Below the pieces are notes generated by a model, which saw only the letters and a program-made list of their open reading frames with translations, had not been told where the DNA came from and searched no databases. DNA of 64,000 nt from a bacterium (GTDB taxonomy: Bacteria > Patescibacteriota > Dojkabacteria > GCA-016699595), in the NCBI GenBank assembly GCA_016699595.1, contig CP064982.1:75647-139646 (forward strand). Direction: 5' to 3'. Made by a program: the position numbers and the translations under genes. Within the stretch, counting starts at the first letter, position 1, and each line of letters starts with the position of its first letter. Below are positions 7,967-18,143 of the stretch, piece after piece.

Positions 7967-9601
7967 TCATTTCACAATACTTACACTAGTTCCAATTTCT
8001 GCCCAATTATACAACCATTTTGCATTTGCATCGCTTGGCATCACACATCCATAAGTTACAGGATACCTACCAACTGATGCTGCCCAAGAAGTGTACTTCG
8101 CTCCTTCAGGACTTGTAGGTATCCCATGTATACCATTTACTGATCCTCCTGCATAGTAAATGCTGAGCCAGTAAGGCATCCATATTTCATAATAACCCCA
8201 TGCATTTGGTATTTTGTCAAAAACGCTGAACTCTCCGTATTTCGTAGGATGTTTGGCTTCTCCGGTCGAACTTGCAAAACTGCGGATAATTTCATAGTTC
8301 TCAATCACATAAGTATATTGACTGCTTACATCAGTTATAATTCTTTTGCTGTTTTCTTTGCCACCTCTACTTAGCACATAGCTATCAAAACTTTCTCTAG
8401 CTTTTTCGAAGTTTGATTTTGCATCTCTGTAACTTACAAATTCATCTGAAGTGTCAATGTCAACTTTGGTCCCAAGATCACATCCATAAAATGTGCAAAT
8501 TTCGAAAAGTGAATTGTACTTTCTAACTAAATTTTGAGTTTCTTCCCTCAAACTTTCAAGAAGCTGAGTTTTTTGACTTACCACAAGCTGATTTACTTGA
8601 TCAAAACTTTCTTCTAAGCTTGTATAGTTTTCGTCGTTGAAATTTGATACGAGGTTTGTATAGATGGCTAGAAATTCATCTTTGTAAGTAGATGTATCAA
8701 AACTTAGTTCATCATACTTTGTGTAAGTTTCTCCTCCAACTTTGATCAAATTCACGATGTCCTCAAGATACTCATATCTTTTTGTCAATTCTTCGTTCAG
8801 TGCCTTTGTGCTTTCTGTAGCTTGTTGAAGCTCATTTTGACTGAGCAAAGACAATATCTCACTGTACTTTGCTTCCAATCTTACGGAACCTAAGTTGGGA
8901 CTAATGTCTCTTGTCCTGGTCTCACTAGCTTCATCTTTTTTGTTTCGGTAGTTCAAGATAGAATTTTCTTGACTTTGTATCTCATCAAAAACAGACTTTG
9001 AGGTTTCGAGTTTCTTTTGCAGATTTTGAATTGGAGATAACAAATTTGCTTTTTGACTTTCTATACTGAGTGCTAGTTCGTTGTTGAGTTTTTCAAAAAA
9101 ACTTTGGTCAAGTATGTAGTTCAAAAAATACCCAGCTTTTGCAGTTCTTTTCTCGGCGATCTTTCTGTCTACTTCTGTTAGGTCAAATCCTTTGGTTTTG
9201 TAGTAGCTGAGGGAAACATCGTACTTTGTATCTTCTCTGTTTAGCTCATTGTACTTTTCCTTTGCAAGATAGTATATACTTATGACAAAAACAAACTGCA
9301 ACAGTAGAAGTATCAAGATTGACAGAAGTATAGCAAAAGTCTTTTGATTTTCGCTTTTGTTGGGAGGAGGTTTTTGTGAAATTTGTTTTGTACTTACTGT
9401 CGGGCTTGTCAACACTATATTTACTTCTGGAGTTAGGGTAGTGGTAGTTTCGATCGGATTGTGATTTGAAGTACTTTGTTGGCGTAGTTTTTTGTTTTGC
9501 TTTGATTTTCTTTTCTTTTTGCCCAATTTCTTTTGTCTGCTGCAAAGCTCTTCATTTGCAATTGAAGATATAGTCTCAGTCAATATACAAAATTTCCACA
9601 A
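7967..9601 (-). CDS. membrane-anchored coiled-coil protein with C-terminal L,D-transpeptidase (YkuD)-like domain
   Basis: TM helix, long coiled-coil, then ...SVNGIHGIPTSP...RYPVTYGCVMPSDANAKWLYNWAEIGTSVSIV, which resembles the YkuD catalytic core (H-G ... S/T-x-G-C-[IV]-R/M ... G-T-x-V). Confidence 0.5.
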   Translation of the reverse strand: MWKFCILTETISSIANEELCSRQKKLGKKKRKSKQNKKLRQQSTSNHNPIETTTTLTPEVNIVLTSPTVSTKQISQKPPPNKSENQKTFAILLSILILLLLQFVFVISIYYLAKEKYNELNREDTKYDVSLSYYKTKGFDLTEVDRKIAEKRTAKAGYFLNYILDQSFFEKLNNELALSIESQKANLLSPIQNLQKKLETSKSVFDEIQSQENSILNYRNKKDEASETRTRDISPNLGSVRLEAKYSEILSLLSQNELQQATESTKALNEELTKRYEYLEDIVNLIKVGGETYTKYDELSFDTSTYKDEFLAIYTNLVSNFNDENYTSLEESFDQVNQLVVSQKTQLLESLREETQNLVRKYNSLFEICTFYGCDLGTKVDIDTSDEFVSYRDAKSNFEKARESFDSYVLSRGGKENSKRIITDVSSQYTYVIENYEIIRSFASSTGEAKHPTKYGEFSVFDKIPNAWGYYEIWMPYWLSIYYAGGSVNGIHGIPTSPEGAKYTSWAASVGRYPVTYGCVMPSDANAKWLYNWAEIGTSVSIVK

Positions 9602-9941
9602 ATTTTGCTAGAGTTATTTGGATAGAAGCGTATTTTTTGGTTTCTGATCTTTGAAAAAATGTTTTGCAATTGGTTTGAAGTTTGGTATAATTTCTTATCT
9701 AAAATCAATTTGCACTGACTTGGGAAATAGGTCGGTGGATTATATATAATATATGCAAGGAGGTGAGGTGATCCAAAATACATATGATTTTTTCGCTTCC
9801 CAAGAAGGTAGTCATATGTTTGAAACAGTGAGATGTGGTATGAAGGTACTTGCTAGACATCTCGCGAATTCAGCAAAAAGTGCCTATCAAGCAATGGGAT
9901 CAGCTATAGATGAGGCAGGATATCAGCTTCGAGGTATAGCT

Positions 9942-11078
9942 ATGGAGGCTTCTCGTCAACCAAAACGCTTTGCTACAAACATAGGGCTCAGCCTTATTAT
10001 AGGTTTGTCAGTTGCTAGTTGCACAAAGCAAGGAAGCGAAACGCAGGTTGTAGCTCCAATCACAGAAGAAATGCCACCCATTCAAGAGGGTGGTGATGCT
10101 CAAGAAATTACTACTACATTGACAATCACCAATGAGCAAGCTCTAGTAGATGTTGCACAAGTAGGTCCTAAAGGTATATATACTCAAACAGTTCCAGAGC
10201 AACAAGCAACTGAAATCGCAGGAGAGTTTGGTACTGGTGGACCAATCACCACCACCGCCGAGATCACAGACACAGTCGCGCTATCCGAGACAATGCCACT
10301 GGTCGTGGAAGCACGGGAGGTTGAACCGGTAGATATCGAGAAGATATGGTCTGCTATCCGGGATGCTTTGTGGAAAATTGGTCTGGAACCGGTAGTGGCA
10401 GTAGCGAATAGCTACGAGGGAATTAGGGTTCCTGTCGAAAATGAGGAGGGCAGGATGGTGCTTAGGGAAGTTTCACCAATCTCCATTCAAATTGAAGTGA
10501 GACCGGCTGATGGTACTCCTGATACCAGGACTTTTGCCGAAGCTTTGACTGAGGCAAGTACTCCACTTTCTGACAAAGAAAGGCAGGATATGGTCTATTT
10601 TCTCAATCGTGGGTTGTTGAAAGTTCTTGATGCAGGCAAGAACGCTGATGTGAGAATTGCAGGCAGAGTGAAGCTCAGTGATTTGCAATACTACATTTCA
10701 ATCTATCTGGGTAGCCTTGATAATGTTTTAGAGTTTATCGACGCCCTCAACGGTGAAAAAAAATTGCCACGGATGTCGCCATTTACAAATATCAATGGTG
10801 GAATAGCAAGTAATGCAACCTATTTAGTTTCCGTTAGTGAAGTGGCCAATCAAGAAGCAGTTGGATCTATATCTGAAGAAGCGATCTTTGAGTATGTAGA
10901 GATTGGAATTAGTGAAGAACTCAAAAGACTTCCACAAAAAGAGATACTTGAAATCTGGTTGGATTTTTTGGCAGCTCAATATAACGCAAAGCTCATGCAA
11001 GATATAGTAAAAAATATGAACCAAAAATTTTTTGATGGTGAGGAACATTTCAGGATAGAACAATTTCAAGTACCTTAG
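9942..11078 (+). CDS. predicted lipoprotein (higher-GC island)
   Basis: Start chosen at the internal Met giving MEASRQPKRFATNIGLSLIIGLSVASC: a positively charged n-region, h-region and lipobox VASC. The track ORF extends upstream to 9753. Coding G+C is visibly higher than in neighbours. Confidence 0.45.
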   Translation: MEASRQPKRFATNIGLSLIIGLSVASCTKQGSETQVVAPITEEMPPIQEGGDAQEITTTLTITNEQALVDVAQVGPKGIYTQTVPEQQATEIAGEFGTGGPITTTAEITDTVALSETMPLVVEAREVEPVDIEKIWSAIRDALWKIGLEPVVAVANSYEGIRVPVENEEGRMVLREVSPISIQIEVRPADGTPDTRTFAEALTEASTPLSDKERQDMVYFLNRGLLKVLDAGKNADVRIAGRVKLSDLQYYISIYLGSLDNVLEFIDALNGEKKLPRMSPFTNINGGIASNATYLVSVSEVANQEAVGSISEEAIFEYVEIGISEELKRLPQKEILEIWLDFLAAQYNAKLMQDIVKNMNQKFFDGEEHFRIEQFQVP

Positions 11079-11083
11079 ATAAA

Positions 11084-14000
11084 TTGATTAGTCACTGCCA
11101 GATCAAAACCCAGCTTCTCGTTTTCATACTCGCTCTTTTCACGATATTTTTCTTCTTTTCCACGAAAATAGAGGCTAGTAATCCTGTCTGTAGCGATGCC
11201 ATAATGACTTGCAATAAATATTGTGAGTATGGTTCCAAACCTCGTCCAAATACTCCAATATGGAGAGAATGTTGTACTGAGCAGGATGCAGCTATTCCAG
11301 GACGGTGTTCTGCTCCGGGTGAGATCGTCACGAAAATGATTTATTGCAATCAGATACAGTGCGTAGATGCTTTGATCTCGTATTGTCCTATCGGTGAAAG
11401 ACCTGGAGGCCAAGTCTGTGCAATGGTCTGTCCACCCGGTCAGATGGTTGATCCGACCGGAACCACCTGCATCCCGATCACTTCTACTTCATCGAGAACC
11501 AGCTACTCGAGAACCAGCACAACGACAAGAACAAGGACAAGCACGACAACCCGAACGACGACATCTCTGCCTACCGGCTGTGGCAGTGATTGTATCGCTT
11601 GTACAATCGTTGATGTCCCTGGGCATTGGATACGAATAGATCCAAACAGTAATGCGATTTGCAATGCGCAGATCCACCCGGCGACTGATTGTCAATGGAT
11701 AGGTCCAACTTATCGATGTCCACCAAACTCATATCAAGGCAGGTGTGCACCATTGCAGTATTGTGAGCCAGATTATAGTTGTGTACTCGGAAACACATGT
11801 TTTGGGCAAAATCCTACCACGGATAGGATATGTATACCTGATGCTGGCACTGGTTTTGTGCCTGGAAATGAAATCAGAACTTGTGATACTTGTGGACTAG
11901 TTGGGGTTGACGGCATACTACAAAGTCATGTAGATGATGAGTGTATGATAGGTGTGAATTCTGGAGTTGCATGTGAAATCAGGAGGGCAGGTAGCAATAC
12001 AGGTTATTCGGGAAATTCTGACGCGTATGCTTCAGTTCCTATGTGTAGAAATGAAGCAATGGGCCCAAACAATCCAGCTGAGTTTGAAGTTATATGTAGA
12101 TCGGGAAGGGAAGATCTTGATAATGCAAGATGGAACATACAATCACTTACTTCTACTTTGGGACATCCTACGGCTCCTGGATTTCCTGGAGGTTCTGCTA
12201 CTGAAATTCGATTCTCAGTCTTTGTGACTTATCCAAATGATGCGATAGATAGATCAGAAGATACTATAACTATAACTGTTGGTGATGGAGGAAGTGCATT
12301 TGTTTCGGAATGTGGTGTTGGTCCTGGTGGAACTGCTTGCTCAAACAATATGGACTATCAAGGTGAGCATACTGCAACCGTTAGTATCAAACAGCTAGTA
12401 GATACAATTCGACCAGCACTTTCGCGAACATCTGATTTCAAAATCACAAATACACGATGTTTCACAAATCCAGATCCGGTAAGTTGTGATCCAAATACTA
12501 TACTTGGATCAGGACAAGTTAAGTATGACTATAAGGCAGTTGATACATCAGGTATAGTTCAACATACAGGTTTTGCTGGACCAATAAACTTTGATACTAC
12601 GATTCCACTAAATTATCAGTTTCTGGCGGAGTACAATTTTGGAGGATTTGGTTTTGCTGGAGGATTACCTGGTGTTGGTGCAAATAGAAATTTGATCACG
12701 AGTTTCAATTATTATAGTTATTCTGCAGGAAGTGGAATTGATCTAAATAATCCACTTCTGGGTAGCGATGTCATCATAAGGCCAGGATACTTTTCTGGTG
12801 ATAATGATTCGAGATATCATTTCAAGTATATATATAGTGGAGGCAGTGTTTCAAATCCTGTGTTCTATCGAGACAACAATCTGTCTGTAGTCTATACTTT
12901 AAGGCCACCAGATCAACCAATGAGGAGTCCCATAAGTTTCAGATGGGGCAATGGGGAGAGTGGAGTTTTGGATTTCTATGCAGAAAGTTGGAGCGCAGTC
13001 GATATGTTTTGCAATTGGAGAGGAGGTGATAACTCAGTATCTACTTTGTCAGTTGGCAATCCATGGATGAATACGATTGGAGGAAATTTATTTCTAAAAG
13101 GAGCATTCAATCAGTTTGAAAATCACCCTTACGAACTTCCATCGATAAACTTTTCCATTCCAAAAAGTATAGCCGAACGGTATGGTGGATCTCAAAATAC
13201 TGACCTTACTACATATATAGCAAGATCAGAAAATATAGACCTAGGTCAAAATGTGAGTAAAAACGATATGACTTTTGCATCAAATGGTGAAAGTCTTCTT
13301 GATGTATACAAATTCACGAAAGGTAGATACGAATCATTGTATGATTACTTCAAAAATCTGTTTGGAACAGTAAATAGGTATGACAAAAGATCCGAAATAT
13401 ATTGTGGTAATGATTCAAACAAATCACTGTACCTCAAAACGAATCCAAACTACAACAATGTTTGGATATTTAATCAAAGCATAGAAGATTACTTATTGCA
13501 CGGGACTGATGGGAATGGACATCAAACTTGGCTTGATAATGAATCAAACACTTTACTAAGAGATAGTGACTGTATTGGGAATGCAAAAGCTATAGTAGTT
13601 GAAGTAAATGGAAACTTGCAAATGAGAAACCATAATGACGAAAGGAATTCACCTATATATGCAAGTACAAAACCAATCATTTTTCTTGTTGATGGTAACT
13701 TGACTATTGATGAAAATATAGAGAAGAGAAATGGCAATACTATAATGTTTGTAGTGAAAGGTGATGTGATAATCTATGGTGGCAAGAGTAGGTCAATGTT
13801 TGATTCCAAAACAGTGACTCAAGAACCCTCAAGCGATACAATAGATGCAACTTTCTTTGTAGATGGCAAGTTCATCACTATGCCGGATGATGGTGAAAGT
13901 CACAATATAAATGGAGTTGACTATAACGGTCAAACTCAATTTGTGGCAGATTATCCAGATATGTATCCGAATGTAGCAGATGGAGAGACTGTGATATGGG

Positions 14001-14269
14001 ATTCACTGAAGATCAAAGGTTCAGTGATAGTATCGGGACTTTGTCCAAACCAAAGATCAGCTCCTATATACAATGCTGATGGAACTCTGAGACAAAGTGG
14101 TATACAATGTAAGTCGCATTTTGGAAGAGATTTGATATTGGTGCAAAATTTCTTGTACCCAGCTGAAAGCATCATCTATGATCCTGCTTATCTATTTGAC
14201 TTCAAAAACTTACTAAAAGGTGTACCTCCTTTCAATATAAGAGAAACAGGGTATGATCCTTTTTTGTAA
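11084..14269 (+). CDS. giant secreted protein: signal peptide, Cys-rich N-domain, Thr/Ser/Arg-rich linker, large uncharacterised domain
   Basis: 1061 aa; N-terminal signal/TM; more than 20 Cys in the first 250 aa; TSTSSRTSYSRTSTTTRTRTSTTTRTTTS linker; the 5' ~700 nt share the elevated G+C of the upstream gene. Confidence 0.6.
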   Translation: MISHCQIKTQLLVFILALFTIFFFFSTKIEASNPVCSDAIMTCNKYCEYGSKPRPNTPIWRECCTEQDAAIPGRCSAPGEIVTKMIYCNQIQCVDALISYCPIGERPGGQVCAMVCPPGQMVDPTGTTCIPITSTSSRTSYSRTSTTTRTRTSTTTRTTTSLPTGCGSDCIACTIVDVPGHWIRIDPNSNAICNAQIHPATDCQWIGPTYRCPPNSYQGRCAPLQYCEPDYSCVLGNTCFGQNPTTDRICIPDAGTGFVPGNEIRTCDTCGLVGVDGILQSHVDDECMIGVNSGVACEIRRAGSNTGYSGNSDAYASVPMCRNEAMGPNNPAEFEVICRSGREDLDNARWNIQSLTSTLGHPTAPGFPGGSATEIRFSVFVTYPNDAIDRSEDTITITVGDGGSAFVSECGVGPGGTACSNNMDYQGEHTATVSIKQLVDTIRPALSRTSDFKITNTRCFTNPDPVSCDPNTILGSGQVKYDYKAVDTSGIVQHTGFAGPINFDTTIPLNYQFLAEYNFGGFGFAGGLPGVGANRNLITSFNYYSYSAGSGIDLNNPLLGSDVIIRPGYFSGDNDSRYHFKYIYSGGSVSNPVFYRDNNLSVVYTLRPPDQPMRSPISFRWGNGESGVLDFYAESWSAVDMFCNWRGGDNSVSTLSVGNPWMNTIGGNLFLKGAFNQFENHPYELPSINFSIPKSIAERYGGSQNTDLTTYIARSENIDLGQNVSKNDMTFASNGESLLDVYKFTKGRYESLYDYFKNLFGTVNRYDKRSEIYCGNDSNKSLYLKTNPNYNNVWIFNQSIEDYLLHGTDGNGHQTWLDNESNTLLRDSDCIGNAKAIVVEVNGNLQMRNHNDERNSPIYASTKPIIFLVDGNLTIDENIEKRNGNTIMFVVKGDVIIYGGKSRSMFDSKTVTQEPSSDTIDATFFVDGKFITMPDDGESHNINGVDYNGQTQFVADYPDMYPNVADGETVIWDSLKIKGSVIVSGLCPNQRSAPIYNADGTLRQSGIQCKSHFGRDLILVQNFLYPAESIIYDPAYLFDFKNLLKGVPPFNIRETGYDPFL

Positions 14270-14306
14270 ACTTCTCTCGAAGTAATTCGCTGGCTTATAT
14301 TTTTTC

Positions 14307-14334
14307 TTGAGTTAGTATCAAATTGTGCTATAAT
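14307..14334 (+). promoter_or_regulatory. extended -10 promoter of rpmE (TTGAGT -16- TGcTATAAT); ATG 7 nt downstream (leaderless)
   Basis: TTGAGT at 14307-14312, TGc+TATAAT at 14326-14334; the rpmE ATG at 14342 coincides with the expected transcription start. Confidence 0.45.
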
Positions 14335-14341
14335 CATCTTC

Positions 14342-14668
14342 ATGAAAAAAGGCATTCACCCACAATATTTCAAACAAGCAAAGGTTTTTGTAGGAGGTCA
14401 ATTGGTCGGGACTGTAGGATCTACCAAAGAAGAACTTCATTTGGATATACACTCTTCAAATCATCCGTTTTGGACTGGAGCACAAAAAATTATCGATACT
14501 GAAGGTCTTGCTGATAAGTATACTAGAAGAAAAGAAGGTGCGAAAAATGCTGATGAACTGAAAGCAAAAAAAGAGAAATTGAAAGCAAGAATAGAAAGAT
14601 CCAAAGCAAAGTCTGTAGATACCGACACAAAGAAGATAACTTTGAAAGATATGTTGAAAGCAAAATAA
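14342..14668 (+). CDS. rpmE: 50S ribosomal protein L31 (type B, Lys-rich C-terminal extension)
   Basis: MKKGIHPQY...STVGST...LDIHSSNHPFWTG: the canonical L31 N-terminus and HPF(Y/W)TG motif, with no Cys zinc ribbon; extended to 108 aa. Confidence 0.85.
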   Translation: MKKGIHPQYFKQAKVFVGGQLVGTVGSTKEELHLDIHSSNHPFWTGAQKIIDTEGLADKYTRRKEGAKNADELKAKKEKLKARIERSKAKSVDTDTKKITLKDMLKAK

Positions 14669-14858
14669 TTTTTGTTTTTGACTGTCTTCAAAACTTTCAA
14701 ACAGCCTCACAATCGCTTAATTACCATATATTACATAGTATTATATGCGGTATTATATAGACATAACTTTTTCTTGCTATATTTACTAAAGAAGCTTTCG
14801 CAAAAACACGAATTTCACTTTGAGATAAGATATCTAGGTTGTTAGATTCCTTGTTTGT

Positions 14859-14867
14859 TGATATAAT
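14859..14867 (+). promoter_or_regulatory. extended -10 box TGaTATAAT, 7 nt upstream of the uvrA(N) GTG start
   Basis: TG at 14859-14860, TATAAT at 14862-14867; GTG start at 14875. Confidence 0.35.
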
Positions 14868-14874
14868 CACACTC

Positions 14875-16344
14875 GTGCTAGATAAAATCAAAATAAAAGG
14901 GGCCAGAGTTCATAATCTAAAAAATGTTTCTCTAGAATTCCCGAAAAATAAACTGATAGTATTTACCGGCGTTTCAGGTTCTGGTAAATCAAGTTTGGCT
15001 TTTGATACATTGTATGCTGAAGGGCAAAGAAGATATGTTGAATCACTAAGTTCTTATGCAAGACAGTTTCTAGGTATGATGGAAAAGCCAGATGTAGATT
15101 ATATCGAAGGACTTTCTCCAGCTATTTCGATAGATCAAAAATCAACAAGTCACAATCCAAGATCGACAGTAGGAACTATAACTGAGATTTATGATTATCT
15201 GAGATTACTCTTTGCAAGAGTAGGGACAGCCTATGATCCAACTACTGAAGCAAAATTGGAATCACAAACAGTCCAAGAAATAGTCGAAAGAATCATAAAT
15301 ATTCCCTCGCTTGTTAGCTTCACACAGGAAGTGCAAGAAAAAGGATCAAAAGTTGATACAAGTGAATTAGGCAAATCGAATGTTTCTGGGGTGAAGATTA
15401 TGATTCTCTCTCCGATTGTCAAAAATAGAAAAGGAACATATGAAGAGCTTTTTCAAAAACTTCTTTCGCAAGGATTCACACGAGTTCGAGTAAATGGAAA
15501 TCTGAAAAGTCTCGAAGAAGAAATCAAGCTTGATCGCTACAAAACTCACAATATTGACTTAGTTATAGATAGATTGGTTCTAAATACAACAGGAACTGCT
15601 GCTGAAAAAGAAGACGGTGAAGCTCTAGGTACTTTGAAAAGTGAACAAAGGAAAAGAATCACTGATTCCGTAGAACTCGCACTCTCAAAGGGGGACGGAC
15701 AACTAGCTGTAAACATTATTGACACAGATCAAGATATCGTGATGTCAGAATCAATGGTTATGTCAGATGGTTCAGCTTTTCCAAAGCTTGAGCCAAACTT
15801 GTTTTCATTCAATTCTCCAGTTGGTGCTTGTCCTAGTTGCAACGGTCTTGGCTTCATAATGGAAATAGATCCAAACTTGGTTTATAATCCAAGACTTACT
15901 ATTTCCGAAGGTTCGATTTATCCGTGGAGTCGAAGTTGGGACATGAATGGAGGTTGGTACCGAACGATGCTTGAACAAGTAGCAAAGAAACATAAAGTTG
16001 ATTTGAAAACACCGATGGGAAAATTGGCAAAAGAGAAGCTATACTTGATTTTGTATGGAACTGGAGATATGACTTATAAAGTGACAATGGAGTCAGGGCA
16101 TAGCTTCAACGGTAAGTATGAGGGTGTGATACCAAATATTTCTCGTCGTTTCAAAGAAACTCAAAGTGACTACATAAGAGATGAACTTAAGGAATATTTT
16201 CGTGATGTAGATTGTCACGAATGTGAAGGGAAGAGATTGAATAAATTTGCCTTATCAGTCAAGGTAGGAGAAAAAAATATTTGGGAAGTCAGTAATATGA
16301 ATATTGCAGAGGCATTGAGCTGGATAGATACAATAGCAAGCTAG
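14875..16344 (+). CDS. uvrA: UvrA N-terminal fragment (Walker A of NBD-I, UvrB-binding and insertion domains, Zn fingers); terminates at TAG
   Basis: A GTG start gives (M)[107 protein letters not shown], near-identical in pattern to the E. coli UvrA N-terminus. CxxC pairs are present (CPSCNG, CHECEG). It ends ...IAEALSWIDTIAS* at the position corresponding to E. coli residue ~470. Confidence 0.9.
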   Translation: MLDKIKIKGARVHNLKNVSLEFPKNKLIVFTGVSGSGKSSLAFDTLYAEGQRRYVESLSSYARQFLGMMEKPDVDYIEGLSPAISIDQKSTSHNPRSTVGTITEIYDYLRLLFARVGTAYDPTTEAKLESQTVQEIVERIINIPSLVSFTQEVQEKGSKVDTSELGKSNVSGVKIMILSPIVKNRKGTYEELFQKLLSQGFTRVRVNGNLKSLEEEIKLDRYKTHNIDLVIDRLVLNTTGTAAEKEDGEALGTLKSEQRKRITDSVELALSKGDGQLAVNIIDTDQDIVMSESMVMSDGSAFPKLEPNLFSFNSPVGACPSCNGLGFIMEIDPNLVYNPRLTISEGSIYPWSRSWDMNGGWYRTMLEQVAKKHKVDLKTPMGKLAKEKLYLILYGTGDMTYKVTMESGHSFNGKYEGVIPNISRRFKETQSDYIRDELKEYFRDVDCHECEGKRLNKFALSVKVGEKNIWEVSNMNIAEALSWIDTIAS

Positions 16345-16422
16345 TTATTCTCAACGAATGTAACTATAGGGTATTTTGAAATTTTGCAAGACAAGTAAAT
16401 TAGCTTATATACAATTCATATA

Positions 16423-17718
16423 ATGAAGAAACATAAAAAAAGTATTTCAACAAACAACAAAATAGTTTTTTTCATAACACTATTGGTAGTTTTTCTAGAT
16501 GTGTTCGGATTTACGCTAGTTATACCTATACTTGCAAGTATGATTCAGTCACCTTATGGAGTTTTTTACAATGTAGTTGATCCAGCTGATAGGAATTTAC
16601 TCTACGGCTTTCTGCTAGCAAGTTACGCACTTGCTTCGTTTTTATCTTCTCCAGTTATCGGGCAATTGTCTGATAAATATGGAAGGCGACGACTTCTGGC
16701 TATTAGTGTAGCTGGTTCATTTATTTCTAGGATATTTTTTCTTTTAGGTATTCTTACTCTGAATTTACCATTACTTTTTGTATCGAGAGTTCTCGATGGT
16801 ATAACTGGAGGTAACATAACAGTTGCAAATAGTGCAATTGCAGATATCTCATCAAAGGAAAACAAAGCAAGAAACTTTGGCTATGTAGGTATGATAATGG
16901 GGTTGGGTCTTCTTTTGGGACCTTTTGTAAGTTCAAGGCTGTCGGATATACAAATTGGTGGAATGGTAGGAGTCGCAACACCTTTGATGCTTGGTATAGT
17001 ACTTTGCTTCATAGCTTTGATCTTGATTGTATTCAAGTTTCGTGAAACAAACCAATATATACAGAGTGATATGAAGATAAATAAATTGAGTGCTCTTATG
17101 ACAATAAAAAAGGCGTTTAGAGCTAAAGGAATAAAAACTATATTGATAACAAGCTTTCTTTTCACTTTTGGTTTCAATTTCTTTGTAAGTTTCATAAATG
17201 TGTACTTGATTGGACTGTATCAATTCTCACTTCTTGATATGGGAAATATTCTAGTTTATATAGGAGTTTGGGTTGCTGTGGGTCAAGGTCTGCTAGTAAA
17301 GCCACTGTCAAAAAAGTTTAGCACCAGAACTATAGTGATTTTCGGACTCATCCTTACAGGATTTGGATTGATGACTCCCATCATTCCTTCTATACTACCA
17401 TCTGTTGGACAGCATGATAAACTTATATACTTACTAGTTCCCCTTTTTGCGGCATCTTATGGATTTACTTCACCAAATATCATAGCACTTGTTTCAAATG
17501 CAGGAGAAAAAGATGAACAAGGAGAAGTCTTGGGTATAAATACCTCGATCCAAAATCTTGCACAAGCAATACCGCCAGTCTTGGCAGCTTATTCTTCAAT
17601 TATTTCAAATACACTGCCTTTGATAATTGGCGGATCATCTATGATTTTTGGAGCTTTGATACTTTCTACATTTTATGAAAACCAAAAAACAGAGAAAATC
17701 TTCAAAGTGAAAAAATGA
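16423..17718 (+). CDS. MFS transporter (DHA1/TetA-like), copy 1
   Basis: 12-TM profile; MFS motif A GQLSDKYGRRRLLAI; 431 aa; ends in a TGA stop. Paralogous to the ORF at 18626. Confidence 0.85.
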   Translation: MKKHKKSISTNNKIVFFITLLVVFLDVFGFTLVIPILASMIQSPYGVFYNVVDPADRNLLYGFLLASYALASFLSSPVIGQLSDKYGRRRLLAISVAGSFISRIFFLLGILTLNLPLLFVSRVLDGITGGNITVANSAIADISSKENKARNFGYVGMIMGLGLLLGPFVSSRLSDIQIGGMVGVATPLMLGIVLCFIALILIVFKFRETNQYIQSDMKINKLSALMTIKKAFRAKGIKTILITSFLFTFGFNFFVSFINVYLIGLYQFSLLDMGNILVYIGVWVAVGQGLLVKPLSKKFSTRTIVIFGLILTGFGLMTPIIPSILPSVGQHDKLIYLLVPLFAASYGFTSPNIIALVSNAGEKDEQGEVLGINTSIQNLAQAIPPVLAAYSSIISNTLPLIIGGSSMIFGALILSTFYENQKTEKIFKVKK

Positions 17719-17752
17719 AGTATTTGCCTAAGTTCAAATTTAAGTTTACTAT

Positions 17753-18139
17753 ATGACAATTTTTATAAAAATCATCAACAAAGAAATACCAGCAAGAATT
17801 GTAGATGAAAACGAAAGTTTCATAGTCTTTCTTGCAAAAGATCAAGTAAACCTTGGACATAGTCTACTAGTTCCAAAAGTTGAAGTTGATCAAATCATAG
17901 ATTTAGAAGATAGTTTGACTTCTGACATGTTTGTATATGCAAAGAAAGTTGCAAAAGCTATAAAACTTGCTACCAATTCTGATCGAATCATTTATACAAT
18001 TCATGGTTTTGAAGTTCCACACCTTCATTTGCATTTAGTACCAGCATTCTTGGATCAAGACAATGATTCTATAAAACAATTTTCAGAACAAGAATTAGAT
18101 GAAGTACAAAAGAAGATAAGAGAAATTTTAAATAATTAA
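17753..18139 (+). CDS. HIT-family (histidine triad, Hint-like) hydrolase
   Basis: FLAKDQVNLGHSLLVPK ... HLHLHLVP: a canonical histidine triad; 128 aa. Confidence 0.85.
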   Translation: MTIFIKIINKEIPARIVDENESFIVFLAKDQVNLGHSLLVPKVEVDQIIDLEDSLTSDMFVYAKKVAKAIKLATNSDRIIYTIHGFEVPHLHLHLVPAFLDQDNDSIKQFSEQELDEVQKKIREILNN

Positions 18140-18143
18140 ATTT

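Noticed and set aside
9753-9941. Upstream 63 codons of the lipoprotein ORF (start at 9753)
   Set aside because: The signal peptide and lipobox begin at the internal Met (9942), so a cytoplasmic 63-aa extension before a lipoprotein signal is unlikely. The upstream start is kept only as an alternative.
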